The notes beneath the pieces are model-generated. The model did not search any database. It was not told the DNA's origin and saw nothing but the letters and a program-made list of their open reading frames with translations. Positions 22,851 to 35,557 of a DNA stretch of 51,964 nucleotides are shown in pieces; the first letter of the stretch is position 1; each line of letters starts with the position of its first letter. The translations under genes and the position numbers were made by a program. The DNA lies in contig MCFE01000622.1 of assembly GCA_002104905.1 (NCBI GenBank), positions 1 to 51,964 of the forward strand, in the 5' to 3' direction. The stretch comes from Basidiobolus meristosporus CBS 931.73. Its lineage: Eukaryota; Fungi; Basidiobolomycota.

Positions 22851-23369
22851 GAGCAGGAAACAGCAAAAATCATAAACTATGACCAAAGTGAATAAGTTAA
22901 TATAAGTATCTGGGTGTAAATACAAAACTTGCAATAATTAGAAATGGTATTTGGCTTACATTTATAACTATCAAGCCTATCTACTAGCTTATGTGCCTGT
23001 ACTTAGTACTCCAGATTTTGAGTTGTTAAAAGCCAAAACTATATTCACCCCCAAAATCCGGTACTATTGATACGTGAGATAGGCTTTATTTAATGTTTTG
23101 GGGATCCTTGAAGAACAGATTCCATGTTGCATTCATAAATTCACTGAAGTAGATTGGTCAACAGTGACTACATGACCTATCGATTGTTGATTAGACCAGA
23201 CGGAAATTTGCCACCAGCTGAAGGGACTTTTAATCCGATGCAGACGAACAATGTCCACAGGCATAATGGAACCTAGTGCCCCGAATGAAATGTCCCAAAC
23301 ACTATATCTAGGAAGAACATGGCAACACTCGATCTTAGGTATCATCTCTACTCATCGGGGAGCGTCATC

Positions 23370-24369
23370 ATGAAGTTTCTTCTCCTCTCTGGTCTGATAT
23401 TAGGTTGTAAGGCCAATCATTTCATACGTCCTGATTCAGGGATCTTTGGCGGGACAGAGGTGTACCCGCCGTTCAGTTATCCCTGGATGGCCATGATATT
23501 GACTCGCACGTCTGCAACCCAGGCCACGCTCTGTGGAGGAACTCTCATTGACCGGGAAACCATATTGACCGCCGCTCATTGCGTAGATATGGCCGCTTCC
23601 CCCGATATAGTGATGATACAACTACACCGTCACAACCGGTCCCGAACGGTGCGCGAAGAAAACGGCTTTGTGTCTGGCGTCAAGTCGATCATCATTCACC
23701 CGGAATGGGAGAGGGAGAAGCTGGTAAACGACTGTAAGTGATTGACCACACTGAGCTTCCTATGCGTGACCACTCATTCTGCAACTCCCTAGATGCCATA
23801 TTGAAGCTGACTTCCCCCGCACCGCACGAACCAGTAATTACCTTGGATGATGGGACAATGTCAGTGGCAGGTAGTAATGTACGTGCACTCGGGTGGGGAA
23901 GGATTGACGAACAGCGAGCGGCAGATACACTTCAACAAGTGAATCTACAAATCTTCCCCCACAAGAATTGTGAGAGGCGCCTCCGAGGGTTCGACGCGCG
24001 GTATACCCTCTGCGCGGGAACGAAAGACGGAGGAGAAAGTAAGTGGGCCGGATTCCAGTCAATGCAACACCATACGTTTCTATCCTAACCTCAACCCAAC
24101 AGATATCTGCTTTGGAGATAGCGGTGGCCCGTTGATACAAATGAACGAGAACGGTCCACCGATATTGGTGGGGGTGACAAGCTTCACTCGAAATTGCGAG
24201 CCGGACTTTCCATCAGTAAGTGGGCACCCCAATACTCCTCGGATGTGATTGCCTGACAACGTCCGTCTAGGGATTCGCCAGGGTGGCTGCTCGCAAAGCG
24301 TGGATAGAAGGCCATCTCACTCCGCGCACATCCAACTCGCCGTTGGCGAGGGAGATCTCTGAATCGTAA
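23370..24369 (+). CDS. Secreted S1 (trypsin/chymotrypsin-fold) serine protease, ~273 aa, 4 exons
   Basis: Signal peptide MKFLLLSGLILGCKA, mature IFGG, LTAAHC, NDYAILKL, GDSGGP. Exons 23370-23733, 23793-24038, 24103-24215, 24271-24369, with GTAAGT donors and AG acceptors, all in phase. Confidence 0.92.
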
Positions 24370-26212
24370 ATATACCACAGAAAATCGGCAATGTAACTTG
24401 TGACTAGGGACACAGCAGGAAGTCCACCAATCACCCAAACCAAGTCTACCATCAGCACATACCAGTCCAATATCAACTGTTCGTGTCACTGTCCTCGCCG
24501 CTGCTTGATTCTTGGGCAATTCCAGGTGCGAAGATCTATTCGCAAAATCTATAATTAGTCGGAATCCGAAATCATCTGCCCCTGTACCACATGAACGAAA
24601 CCCACCCTTCCCCTAATCAACCATCATGTTGTCTATAGAAGCCTAATATAGCGATTCCAATTTGAGCTCCGTTTGTGTTGGGTGGTTCCCACGGATTTCT
24701 CTCCATATTGGAGGGTACTAGAGTGAGCGATAGAGATGTGCCTGGTTGACTCATAATTGGACATCCTGAAGAGATGATCGCTTATTTTTGCCCGGACCAA
24801 TATAGTAATATAGTGTTGGTTGCAGTAACTCGAGTGTTACGGACAATAACACCGCGCTACAATCTGAGTGGTGGAAATGATGGGCGGCTTTTCTTGCCCA
24901 AAAGATCCTTAACCTGTTGACTTCAGATAGTTGGCCATGGTGGTTTCTCCGCCAAGTATTTTCACGAACCACGTCTTGTAGAAACCTGGCAAATCAAGGT
25001 CCATCGATTAGGAAGATCCTATTTTGGCAAAGGAGACTACACTAGAAATCACCACCCCAATAACACTACCGGTCAAACTGGCTCTGGCATACAATCCCGA
25101 TATCCATCTAGTTCCAAATTGATATATTTATGGATCAGGTGATACTTCATGATCCTTAAAGATTCCTTAACAGATTTGTCAGACTTGGTGTACAGGAGTG
25201 GACGAAGAGGCTACCTGGCAAATGCACGCGCATGCGTCACTCCCCATCTATGGAATGCAGATGTGGTCTGAAAAGAGCATATTGCGGGATTCAAACAAGC
25301 CCGAAATGCGCAGTAACTGTTGAGAACGTACTTTTGCATGATGAGTAATACCTACGTCAGTGTGAAGTGGGTTGGAATTAGCAGGCTAGGCAAGTGGATA
25401 CAGGTGTTGGTTAAATCGATTGCCAAGACCACCTAAAGTCCATTCAGCTTCAACCGAGCGAATGCAATGTATGGCATCTCCCAGTCTATGGTATACGGGA
25501 GCTGGGGTACCGTGACACTCTTGATGCTAAATCTCTCCATCGAGCTAATGCGGTGCATTAAAAGCCAATGACTGGGATGGTGACCCTTTGAATATGAAAC
25601 ACCCGTGATATTCAAACATCCATGACAGCTGAATGTCAACTGGCATACACGAGCATGCCTGATTTCGATACTCGCCTGCGGTTTCAAATACTGCAATGTA
25701 GAAATTAATCTTCATTTTGGTTTCCCTTTCTAAACCCGTTGCCGAGCTCCATTTGCTACAGATTTAAGTGGCTCTTATGGTGTGATATGGCTTAATGCCT
25801 TAGGAACGTTCTTCCTTTTGGAAGAATCAAACAGATTTCGTGATACATACTGACACTGTGCCCTTGGTGTATGGGTGAGTTGAGCAGAGGCCTGATATGG
25901 TCAACGGCGCATAGCGAGTGCTAAATGCTCCCAAGCATGAGTGACTCGAAAAAAACAACTAATACAGGTTTTTGTATTGCGAACGTGTTTGTCGTACGTA
26001 CCCGATTCGGAAACTTGCTGGATGTCGTCATTGGCAAGATTCCCACTAATTTTTATGGTCCAGCAACGAGCTGGTTGCTAGGCATGCGCCCTGATCCCAA
26101 AATCGAGTTGGGTGTTGGTGGCGCGCAAATACTGCATGGTCTACGATAAAAAAGCAGATTGCATGTTTATTTAGAATCCAGATTGATCGCGAGATAAAGC
26201 AACAAAGGCATT

Positions 26213-26842
26213 TTAAGTGCTAGCTTGACATACAGTGGGTAATTGGCTTATGTATGGACATTGTTTAAGATCAGGATACTGTGGAGAATATTGGTTGTAT
26301 AAGTCTAACCAACCCTTTCCACAGCTCGTTGAGCAAGTTTCTTGGGTTGGGACAGGAGGCTGGAGATTGCTTGTGTCAACATTGGGATGCTGTTGCAAAT
26401 ACGCTTGGGCTTCTTCAACTGAACAATAGTTATTGCTGGCAGTATCTTTCAAACAAAGCATGGCTCGAGCAGGCGAATAGTTACGAATAAAGCTACTAAA
26501 TGCCTGAACCAATGGGTTCTGAGCATCACTTCCCTGGCAGCTGCTTTGAATATCTTGCTGAAGTTTAGTGAGAAAATCTGTCGAGCATGTTGGTGCTGTA
26601 CAGATGTCGTTTACAACTTGTGAGATCTGCTGTTGCGAGGCGGCTGGGTTTTGTTGGATCTGCTTGATCAAGGGCAACACCTGTGTGATTGGTAGACATC
26701 CTTGGTCGGAATGTGTTAGTTCGATCCCTAGAGCGACTTGCATACATCCAAATGACGGCAAGGGTAAGTTTGCATCTGCTATGGGTGCAGCGTTAATGAA
26801 ATTTAAGATTGGGATGATTACGGCGACAGTTGTGAATCTCAT
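26213..26842 (-). CDS. Secreted cysteine-rich protein (~209 aa)
   Basis: Signal peptide MRFTTVAVIIPILNFINAAP and spaced Cys pattern (CTAPTCS...SSC...MLCLKD...NYC...TCSTSC). TATA-like tataaa upstream at ~26910. Confidence 0.8.
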   Translation of the reverse strand: MRFTTVAVIIPILNFINAAPIADANLPLPSFGCMQVALGIELTHSDQGCLPITQVLPLIKQIQQNPAASQQQISQVVNDICTAPTCSTDFLTKLQQDIQSSCQGSDAQNPLVQAFSSFIRNYSPARAMLCLKDTASNNYCSVEEAQAYLQQHPNVDTSNLQPPVPTQETCSTSCGKGWLDLYNQYSPQYPDLKQCPYISQLPTVCQAST

Positions 26843-28142
26843 GGTTACTTTTAGTGTGTACAAAGGGTTACGGTTTTTATGACTGGCCTTTGGAAGTAGC
26901 AAAGCTTTTATAGCTGCCGTAAATGTAGTTAGTCAAGGACTTGATCGTGACTCATTCAGGCCTTCAAATGCGCATATGTTGAATAGAATGCTGCATGACG
27001 TACGACCAAATTTACCAAACAAACGTTGGAACAGAAGCCCAAGAGGTTACTAATCAGTCGAATCATCAATCTTGGCATGCGAGAGAGCCAAGAATGCGGT
27101 AAATAGAAGGCGGGTTCCACCTACTCCAGTGCTGTACTATTCCGGCTGTTGTTGAGTATCCCATTACGTCTGGAGGGGTAAATGATGAGACACCAAGCTA
27201 ATCATCTTCTGCTCAGGAAAGCCTCAAACTATGAGGCCAATAGGGATGCTTCTTGCTCTCCAAAGCTATACCGAGGTACAGTCAAATATGCACTAAGCGT
27301 CAAATCGCAAATCGAATGACTCAGTACCATGGAATTATGCGATGCAGTATACTGACTCGGCCTCTCTGCCATCATCTGTATTGTCCAATACGGACTCTAT
27401 TTTGTACAGGATGCTTCGAGGTCGGTAAGGCACATCCAAACTGTCCCAAGGAATACTGGCAGAGTAAATGCCCTCTAGTTTCACCAATGTGTAGATGATC
27501 GGCTGAAAGTGCCCAAATGGGCTCAAGAGTAATATATTCTCTCAGCAATACTTGGCCTCTTGCAGGTCGCGATTCAACTCCGGGCTAGCTCTGCGACAAA
27601 ATATAGTATAGCGGTTCCACCCGTCCAATAGCAACGATACATCCTTCTGTTTATGGAATTGAGGTTGGGCAAAATGAACTTTAGTTATTACACGAGAGTG
27701 TAGATACAAATCCCAACCCCCAACCCATATTCATTTATCCATACGTATATAACAAATCGGGTTGGCGTTTCATTCGATATCGACTGAATATGGAATACTT
27801 GGTTAACGATCGAGGCCACCATTGTTACACAACAATTAAACATTCGTTTTTCATTTTCACGGGCACTTCAAGTTTCGAGTAATTGGAATCAAATATCTCT
27901 ATCAAACAATTTAGAAGTTAGAGCAGATTGGCAAATCAACTAAAAGATAAGTCCCACAAGATAACAATACCATTTAGGTACAATGTCCTTTCCATTGTTG
28001 TACAGCCAAGGCCTTTTCGATGGCAAAGGTTATTTACAGTTTTGTCTGCAATTCGAGAATTCTGCAAAGCTCAGATTATTTAAATAGTGGGGGCTAGCCG
28101 ACATTTAGAGCCATCACTCCATCCATTGCACCCTACCTTGCC

Positions 28143-28828
28143 ATGAAGTTTAACACCACCGTAGCTACTTTGGCTTTCATCGCCATCAGCGCCAACCAAG
28201 CCTTGGCTCAACAATCTCCCTGCGAAGCCAAGTGCGCTCCTGAGGATATGATTTGCCGTGCCAAGTGCTTCAATGTCCCTGCCCCTCAAGTATCTGACAG
28301 TAAGTTACCGCCTTGGTTATGGGTAACTTCGTCACATCTCTAACTTTCTTTACAGTTAATGCCACTCAAGAGTGCGTCTCTAAGTGTGTTGATCCTGCTA
28401 CAGCAGCTAAATGCTTCCAAGATTGTATTGGAAGCAACTGGGGTGAACTTCTTCCCACTGAGCCACCTGCCGAGAGCTCTGCTGCTCCCAGTAGCAAGCC
28501 AACTGATGCTAAGCCTAGCTCAGCCAACCCATCCCAAACCAATGGTGGCAGCAGCGCCAAGCCCACCTCCGCCGCTACCCAGGCTTCCTCTGCCGCCTCC
28601 CAAGCCTCTTCTGTTGCTTCCTCAGCTGCTACTCAAGCCTCTTCTGCTGCTTCATCTGTAGCTTCCCAACTTTCCTCCGCTGTCTCATCCTCGGTTGCCC
28701 GCCCATCCGCCTCTCCTGCTACACCCTCAGCAGGCCAAACACCCGCCCCCACTTCCGGCGCTAGCTCTGTTGTGCTCAGCGCTGGCCTCTTGTCAGCTGC
28801 TGGTGTAATTGCCCTTGCATTGTTCTAA
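28143..28828 (+). CDS. GPI-anchored Ser/Ala/Pro-rich cell-surface protein with Cys-rich N-domain (~209 aa)
   Basis: Signal peptide, CEAKC...CRAKCFNVPAP...ECVSKC...CFQDC, S/A-rich stalk and hydrophobic C-terminus. Exons 28143-28299 and 28356-28828 (56-bp GTAAGT..AG intron). Confidence 0.85.
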
Positions 28829-29595
28829 GTCTCATCAAATAATAATTAATGAAATAAACCCTGAAGCTCAGAAGGCTTAACGTTAACACACATGAACTCT
28901 CAATTCTATTTTATCGGATTTTAGTGGATTCTTCGGTCATGCTTTGCATAGCTTCGTTTCACTGGGTAGGTGATATGCAAGGTTGCGAATGGTAGCATCT
29001 CCGGGGAATCTAGCAACAATGTGATATGGTGTCAAGGATGCACACTTCACAGCTATTTTGGAAGGATGACCAGCTGATCTTTGCAGGCCACTTGTCGATT
29101 GAAACGGGTTTGATGTAGTGGGTAGAGCTAGCATACGCATTGGAGTTCCAAGAGCGCTGTCGGAAATTATGTAGGAGAAATAGTCTGGTAAATACGAATA
29201 AGCCGATTAGGCATAAGGTATACTAACGATGAATTCTTACTACAAGTCAAGGATGTGAAACAATGATTCTACGCGCTAGGTGCACACGTGCCTCGCATTC
29301 GCTTCAAACGGATTATACAATATAGTTTCCAGACAGGCCATTGTTTGTTTCCTTGGTGCTGAAGAGATGGAGAGTTTGTATGGCAGATATGAAACTACTG
29401 TTTATTACTTAAGCCCGTGGCCCTCCTCTATGCTCCCAAAATTAGCACTCCGATTCATCCAACCAAAGCTCAGGTCCTTGTAAGAATCACATCAGAACTA
29501 GTCACTTGCTGCTTATCTAGGCTAGACCCCACCGACTACAACTATCGTTTGATCCTACCTCCAACCTTCCCAGCATCAATCACAACAATCCGAAC

Positions 29596-30756
29596 ATGAT
29601 GGAGCAGAAATATCGTTATATCAGGGAACTTGGCAAGGGGGCTTATGGTCTAGTTAGGTCTGCAAAGTGTCTAGCCACTGGAGAGGAGGTTGCCATCAAG
29701 AAGGTGACCAAGATATTCGACAAAAAGCTTCTGGCCAAGCGGGCATTGAGAGAGCTGAAGCTGTTGAGGCACTTCAATGGCCATGAGAATGTGATCTCTG
29801 TGTACGATATGGAGCTGATGGACCCGACCAAGTTCCAAGAAATTTATCTAGTGCAAGAGTTGATGGAGGCTGATCTCCATCAGATAATCCGTTCTAAGCA
29901 GACCTTGACCAATGCACACTACCAATACTTTGTTTATCAGATTTGCCGCGGCCTCAAGTATATTCATTCTGCCAATGTTCTCCACCGGGACTTGAAGCCA
30001 GGGAATCTCTTGGTCAATCGGGATTGCGAGTTGAAGATATGTGATTTCGGACTGGCCAGGGGATTTGTGGATGCCACCAAAAATGAGACCGGCTTTATGA
30101 CGGAATATGTTGCCACTCGTTACTACAGAGCGCCGGAGATAATGCTCTCCAATCAATCCTACACCAAGGCGATTGATTTATGGTCGGTGGGCTGTATTTT
30201 CGCGGAGTTATTGGGGGGCAAACCTTTATTCAAAGGAAGAGACTATGTGGACCAACTGAATCAGATTCTCGGAATCCTAGGCACTCCGGACGATGCCGTT
30301 TTAGAAGGGATGGGTAGCGAGCGAGCCAGGAACTACATTCGCAGTTTGCCCAAAATGGCCCGGATCCCATTTGCTCAACTATTCCCAAAGGCTACTCCAT
30401 TGGCGCTGGACCTTTTAGATAAATTCCTAAAGTTCGATCCCAAACAGCGAATCACCGTAGAGGAAGCACTGGCCCATCCCTATCTAAAGGCTTATCACAA
30501 CCCCAGCAATGAGCCAGTTCACAGCCAGGAATTTGACTTCTCCTTCGAGACTGTAGAGGAGATGGCAGATATTAGACAGCTGATTGTTATGGAAGTTGAC
30601 TCATTCAAATCAGAGTTGAGCAGTGCCCACGACGACCAATCATCCTCCAGCAGTGATGATTTCTCGGCAGTCACCATAAGCGAACCAGTCTTCATGAACG
30701 CCAAAGGCCACCCACAAGACAGTTCATTCGTTCAGCAAATACCTACACACGTATAA
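29596..30756 (+). CDS. MPK1: MAP kinase, Slt2/Mpk1 (cell-wall-integrity) type, intronless (386 aa)
   Basis: [31 protein letters not shown] activation motif, [33 protein letters not shown] typical of Slt2/Mpk1. Confidence 0.9.
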   Translation: MMEQKYRYIRELGKGAYGLVRSAKCLATGEEVAIKKVTKIFDKKLLAKRALRELKLLRHFNGHENVISVYDMELMDPTKFQEIYLVQELMEADLHQIIRSKQTLTNAHYQYFVYQICRGLKYIHSANVLHRDLKPGNLLVNRDCELKICDFGLARGFVDATKNETGFMTEYVATRYYRAPEIMLSNQSYTKAIDLWSVGCIFAELLGGKPLFKGRDYVDQLNQILGILGTPDDAVLEGMGSERARNYIRSLPKMARIPFAQLFPKATPLALDLLDKFLKFDPKQRITVEEALAHPYLKAYHNPSNEPVHSQEFDFSFETVEEMADIRQLIVMEVDSFKSELSSAHDDQSSSSSDDFSAVTISEPVFMNAKGHPQDSSFVQQIPTHV

Positions 30757-31925
30757 TTACCGATGTGCCTGGTCAGCCATATTGGTTTTCTTGGCGATAT
30801 CTATTGAATGCTGAATGTGGTTGTTAATTATTCTGCCTCTTACGCCTGCACCAACATATTTAGTTATTCTACATAGATGCAGTGTTACGACATTTAGAGC
30901 TACATTAAATATACTGAACTTTTCATCACGGATATTGTATTGTTCCCCACGATTAGTAGACTTGGCCAAGTAGTTGAGTTCGTATCGAATCTATCAAGTT
31001 GAGCATTGGGCTGAGTGTTGGAAAGGATTTGGAGAACCAAATGTTGTGTTTCTCCTGTTGACGGAATGTGGTCTAACTAAGGATTTATATGCTTTGGAGA
31101 ACATAGTAAAATCAACGAAAAAAATGGTTTATTTAGGCATGTTTGGAAACTTTGAATACTCCATAGTCTCAATAATACAATGGGCGAGTTGGAAAGTTTC
31201 GACAACTTCCACCAATTTAAGTTGGTAAATGTTTGGTGAATTAAATTAAAAGTCACTTTAGATAGGTGAATAATTCTCTGGGGTGCTGAACAAATACATG
31301 GTAATTTCTTACCTCCTCAATGACATGTTGCGCAGTAATGAGCGAGATTCAATGCTCCCAAGGTATCCTCAGGATTCCACGGACTCGCTAAAATGGAGTG
31401 CATTTATTTATCGAGTTCTTACACTGCCTCCATTTGAGGCATTAATCATATGGGATCTATTACTATAAATGTTAAGAAGGCTACAGTACTGCTCTCATTT
31501 TGAGTGCTTCAGGGTATGCTTGAGTGAGAGTGTTTTCCTGCCCACGCCTCAACGGCAACCTTATCTCGACGGTGGACATCTCGGACAGGGGATAATTCCC
31601 CTCTTGTAACGTAAGCTAGATTGATGCCACGAGCGATCCGAACGCCACGGAGCCTTTCGCAGGCGCTGAGTCTACCAGCAAGATGATATCCCATGTATGG
31701 AGCTGGCTGGAAAAGGAAATCTGGTCACGTTATCAACAGATTATTCGGGTCAAGGGAGGTTGAAAATCCCACTTCGGTGTTCCTTTGGTAACTTCTATGA
31801 TGTCGGATAGAACATGGAAATTTCTTTGGATGGCGGGGCTGTTGCGTAAGCACGATGGAATTTATTTTTCACGAATGTTCCGAGCATGAATGACTTGTGG
31901 GATAGGGTTGGTTGGCAATGAAGGT

Positions 31926-34296
31926 CTACATGTTCAATATTACGATGTTATAGCTAACACAGAAGAGGAGTAGCACCACCGATGCCACGAGAACACATAG
32001 GAACCAAATGTGTTGGCGCTTGTATCCAGGAATCTCGCCCCACCACCAAAACAAATGCTGGGCGAATGCTACGCTAATCATTAGATTAATGAATGGGAAC
32101 AAAAACACCAAACGTACTGGGAGTGGTAGCCTATGGTAGCTAGCCAACTCGATACAACCGTATCGGTAAATCACAAGTCCAATTAAAGTGGCAAATCCCA
32201 TGTATGACCACGCCAGTAAGCCTGGTACATGTGGGAGTAGCTGGAACGAGAAATTGTCCTCCGTCTTCTCGTAATCCTCTAGGACAGCATCATCTGGGAT
32301 GACATACTTCTTCTTCAACTCCTCCAGACGTTCCCGCTTTCTCTTTTCCTCCTCGGTTTTGCTTTGGATTTGTTCGAGTGTGTCGTCCTCTTCTTCATCA
32401 TCCGAGTCCTTGGCCTTTTTACCCTTCTTAGGCTTCGCGGATTTCTTCTTGGCTTGCTGATCGGTTTTCTTGGTGCTATCCTTGGGCTCTGGAGGGGATA
32501 TAACACTTACTACCATACAAATGGTGTAGTAGATACCCTGCACCAGCATAATACCACAGGCCATGACGAAGGCGGTTATTTGGAAGATTCTTCTCTCTTG
32601 CACCTCAAGGCGTTCAAACACAATTGGGTGATCAAAGGCACCTCCGTACAAATAGGTAACTTCACCAAGTGAGCGGTCATATTTGAAAGTGAAATGGCGT
32701 TTGCTCATGTAACCAGGAGAAGCAGGATCAAAGACCTTGAAAGTGTGTTGGGCAACCTCAAGCAACTTGATTTCACGTGTTCCGAAGATTGGTTCTAACG
32801 ACTCAGGAATCAGAATGCCAATGATATTATCGGCATAGGCCTTGACCTTGACCTGCTGGTTGAGAGCAGCCAGTTTCTCAAAGGAAGAATGGGAGATACT
32901 GATAGGCTTGAAACTGGCTATGTACACATCAGCACGGTTGTCCCAATGGGGTACAAGACTGAAAAACTCCTCGTCGTAAAGATTTTCTTCGGCGGCAGAC
33001 TCATAGAAATAGTTTAGGAATCCCTCGATAAAATTCTTGCGGATGGTGTTGTTGTTGGTGTTGTATGATAAGAATATGCCAAGATTTTGCTCCGGGAATA
33101 GAGAAAGCTGGCTGCTGTGACCAACCAACTCACCACTCTGAGAGATCATTCTCAATCCTTTTCCATAGTTTGTTTCGAAGAAGCCGTAGCAAGTGCCATC
33201 AATGGCATCGTGATGTGCGAATTGACGGGCGTGCATCATTTCGACAGTATCAGAGTCAAGAAGGCGGCGGTTTTCGGATATCTTTCCATGGTTCAGGTGA
33301 GCAATCATGAATTTGGTGATATCGTCAGCGGTACTGGCCAAAGAGCCTGCTGGAATAAGCGCAGAATAAAGATCAGGATTTCTCTCGAATTCCCCGGTCT
33401 TCGGGCTCTTACGATAGCTCTTCGACATACTGTATTTGTCAGAAGAGCTCAATTTTACCATCGTGGGATCAGAAGCATTGTGAGGAGCAAAGGTACTGTC
33501 GCTCATTCCCAAAGGCTCCAAAACATTGAGGCGAACATACTCGGTGAAAGGAAGTTGAGTTATCTTGCTGATAGCATGTCCAAGTAAAAGATAGCCATGG
33601 GGTGTATAACTTTGAGCCAAATCGAGTTCGCGAACTCTAATCGGGAAGTTCTCGAGAGCAGGGAGCAATGAAGCCTTAATCTAGAATCAATTACTTAGTA
33701 AAAGAAATCGCACTTGGGCACGGTGTAAGTGGCCTTACGTTTTGAGGTTGATTAGTCACCGCCCCGAGTAACTTGCCATCCAAGCCAGAAGTATGTGTAA
33801 GCAGATTAGCTGCGGTTACGTTTCCAGGGTAGTTGTTTGAGTAAAGCACGAATTTATCCTCATCCCCTTTCGTCAAGTATACGTTGATATTTTGATTCAG
33901 ATCAAGGTGGCCGCTTTCGTAAAGCTGTAGCAACGAGGTCGCGGTAAAAGCCTGTGAAACTGGGCCGACCTGAACAACGGTGTACGATGGATCAGAGGGG
34001 ATACGCTCCTCCAAGTTGGAATAGCCATATCCTCCTTTGTATAGTACGGTGCCGTCTTTGACAATCGACACAATCGCACCTGTGAAAGTAGGAAGCAAAA
34101 ACAAGATTGAGTACAACGTTTGACAAGAATTGAGATCTGTTGGGCTAAACTAACCGGGAAGTTCACCCTGTTCAACTAGTTGATTAAAGAACTCATCAGA
34201 GTACTTCTTCACTTCATCTAAGGTTATTTCACGTGAAGCAGCTTGCCCGAGTAAGATAGACCCGAGAGCAAGTAATGTAGGTGTGAGGAAAAGCAT
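31926..34296 (-). CDS. Beta-lactamase/AmpC-family (serine hydrolase-fold) membrane protein, catalytic motifs lost (~745 aa, 3 exons)
   Basis: Exons 34296-34155, 34079-33739, 33680-31926 (total 2238 nt, in frame). Signal peptide; LPGAIVSIVKDG..Y.GGYG, LLTHTSG, PAGSLASTADDITKFMIAHLN; four C-terminal TM helices. Confidence 0.88.
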
Positions 34297-35557
34297 GTTC
34301 TCTCTACCAAAGAAAAGGCTAGAGATTACAAGAAAATGGTGCGAAATTTGACGCGTTCGGTGATTATTTAATGCTGTAGCCTAACTTTCGAAACAGTCAC
34401 GATTCCATGCAGACTTTCGATGTGCTGACCAATGCCTAGATTCATTTTGTCCAGAATGACGGTAAATGGTAGCACTGGAATGGATTTTTATTTGTTGAGG
34501 AACGTTCTGTGTAAACTAGGCCATATATTGGCTTGGAATAGAATAAAGTTTTCAATTGGCTGGCTTGGACGGAGTTCCGAAATTATACATGAAAGCCCGA
34601 AATGTGTGTTGTGATCCTCAAAAAGAATTAGGAGAATATCAGTCAAAGGGCTGGATACTGATTAGTGCACTCGGAGTATGAGACTTCATGTACGGCCGAG
34701 CACGATATGAGCCAGAGTTGATGCCCTAAGCCACAATTCTGAGAACAAATAAGGGCACCTGGTGAGATTCATTGGTATCCACCATCCAATGATTCTTTTT
34801 ACTGTTTCTGGGAGGTGAGTCGTCGACATCCAAATCCTATCAATGCCCACCAATCACACTTACAACGAAGGTGTATGTCCAATACTGCTATTTCTAGCAA
34901 CTGAGAGATAGTGCGCGCCACACCACACAATCATAGTTAGTTACGGGTTCACTAAACCAACTCTAGTCACAATCACTAAAGTCATGAGTCTTATAGTACG
35001 AGCCAAAGACCATATACAGGCATATTTGATCCAGCAGCTTTAACATACATAAGTTCATCTCGTTTGCTACGGAATCCTATGACTGTCATGCAGCCCATAT
35101 CCGTCGGCCAGAGGAGTTCCATCTACGCTCCATTCTCATGAGCCACTGTAATTGCAGTTCAATTTGAGATGTGCAGGCTGAATGTTAAGCCGCCTCAAAG
35201 GATTGAATGTTGCGCATAGAAATATCATTGCATAGGGTTAGCCACGTATGGGAAGCATAGGAAGCTTCTAGATGGGATCTTCGATCCCGATCGAAGGTGA
35301 CCTACTGACAAAAACCCCGGGAATTATGGGATCAAGACGTCTGATCTGAATTTCGATTGGAAGTAGAAGGCGTGCCCTAATTTGCGCGGATCTCAAGGTG
35401 ATACTGTCCTAAAAAGTGTCCTCAGCCTATCTTGCAGGTATATGTGTATATGGATTTGTCTGCAAAGCCAAGCCGTAAGCCCACTTGAACCTGAGCTATA
35501 TAAGCCATAAAATGGTAGATGCCCTCATAAAACTACCTGTAGATAAAGGCATCATCA

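Noticed and set aside
24500-26150. Short ORFs (24751-24972, 25433-25696, 25925-26149) considered as transposase relics
   Set aside because: No DDE, RT or integrase motif could be identified.
31509-31694. 61-aa ORF and ggggataattcccc hairpin downstream of the beta-lactamase-like gene
   Set aside because: Short, with no homology recognised; a 5-bp stem is expected by chance.
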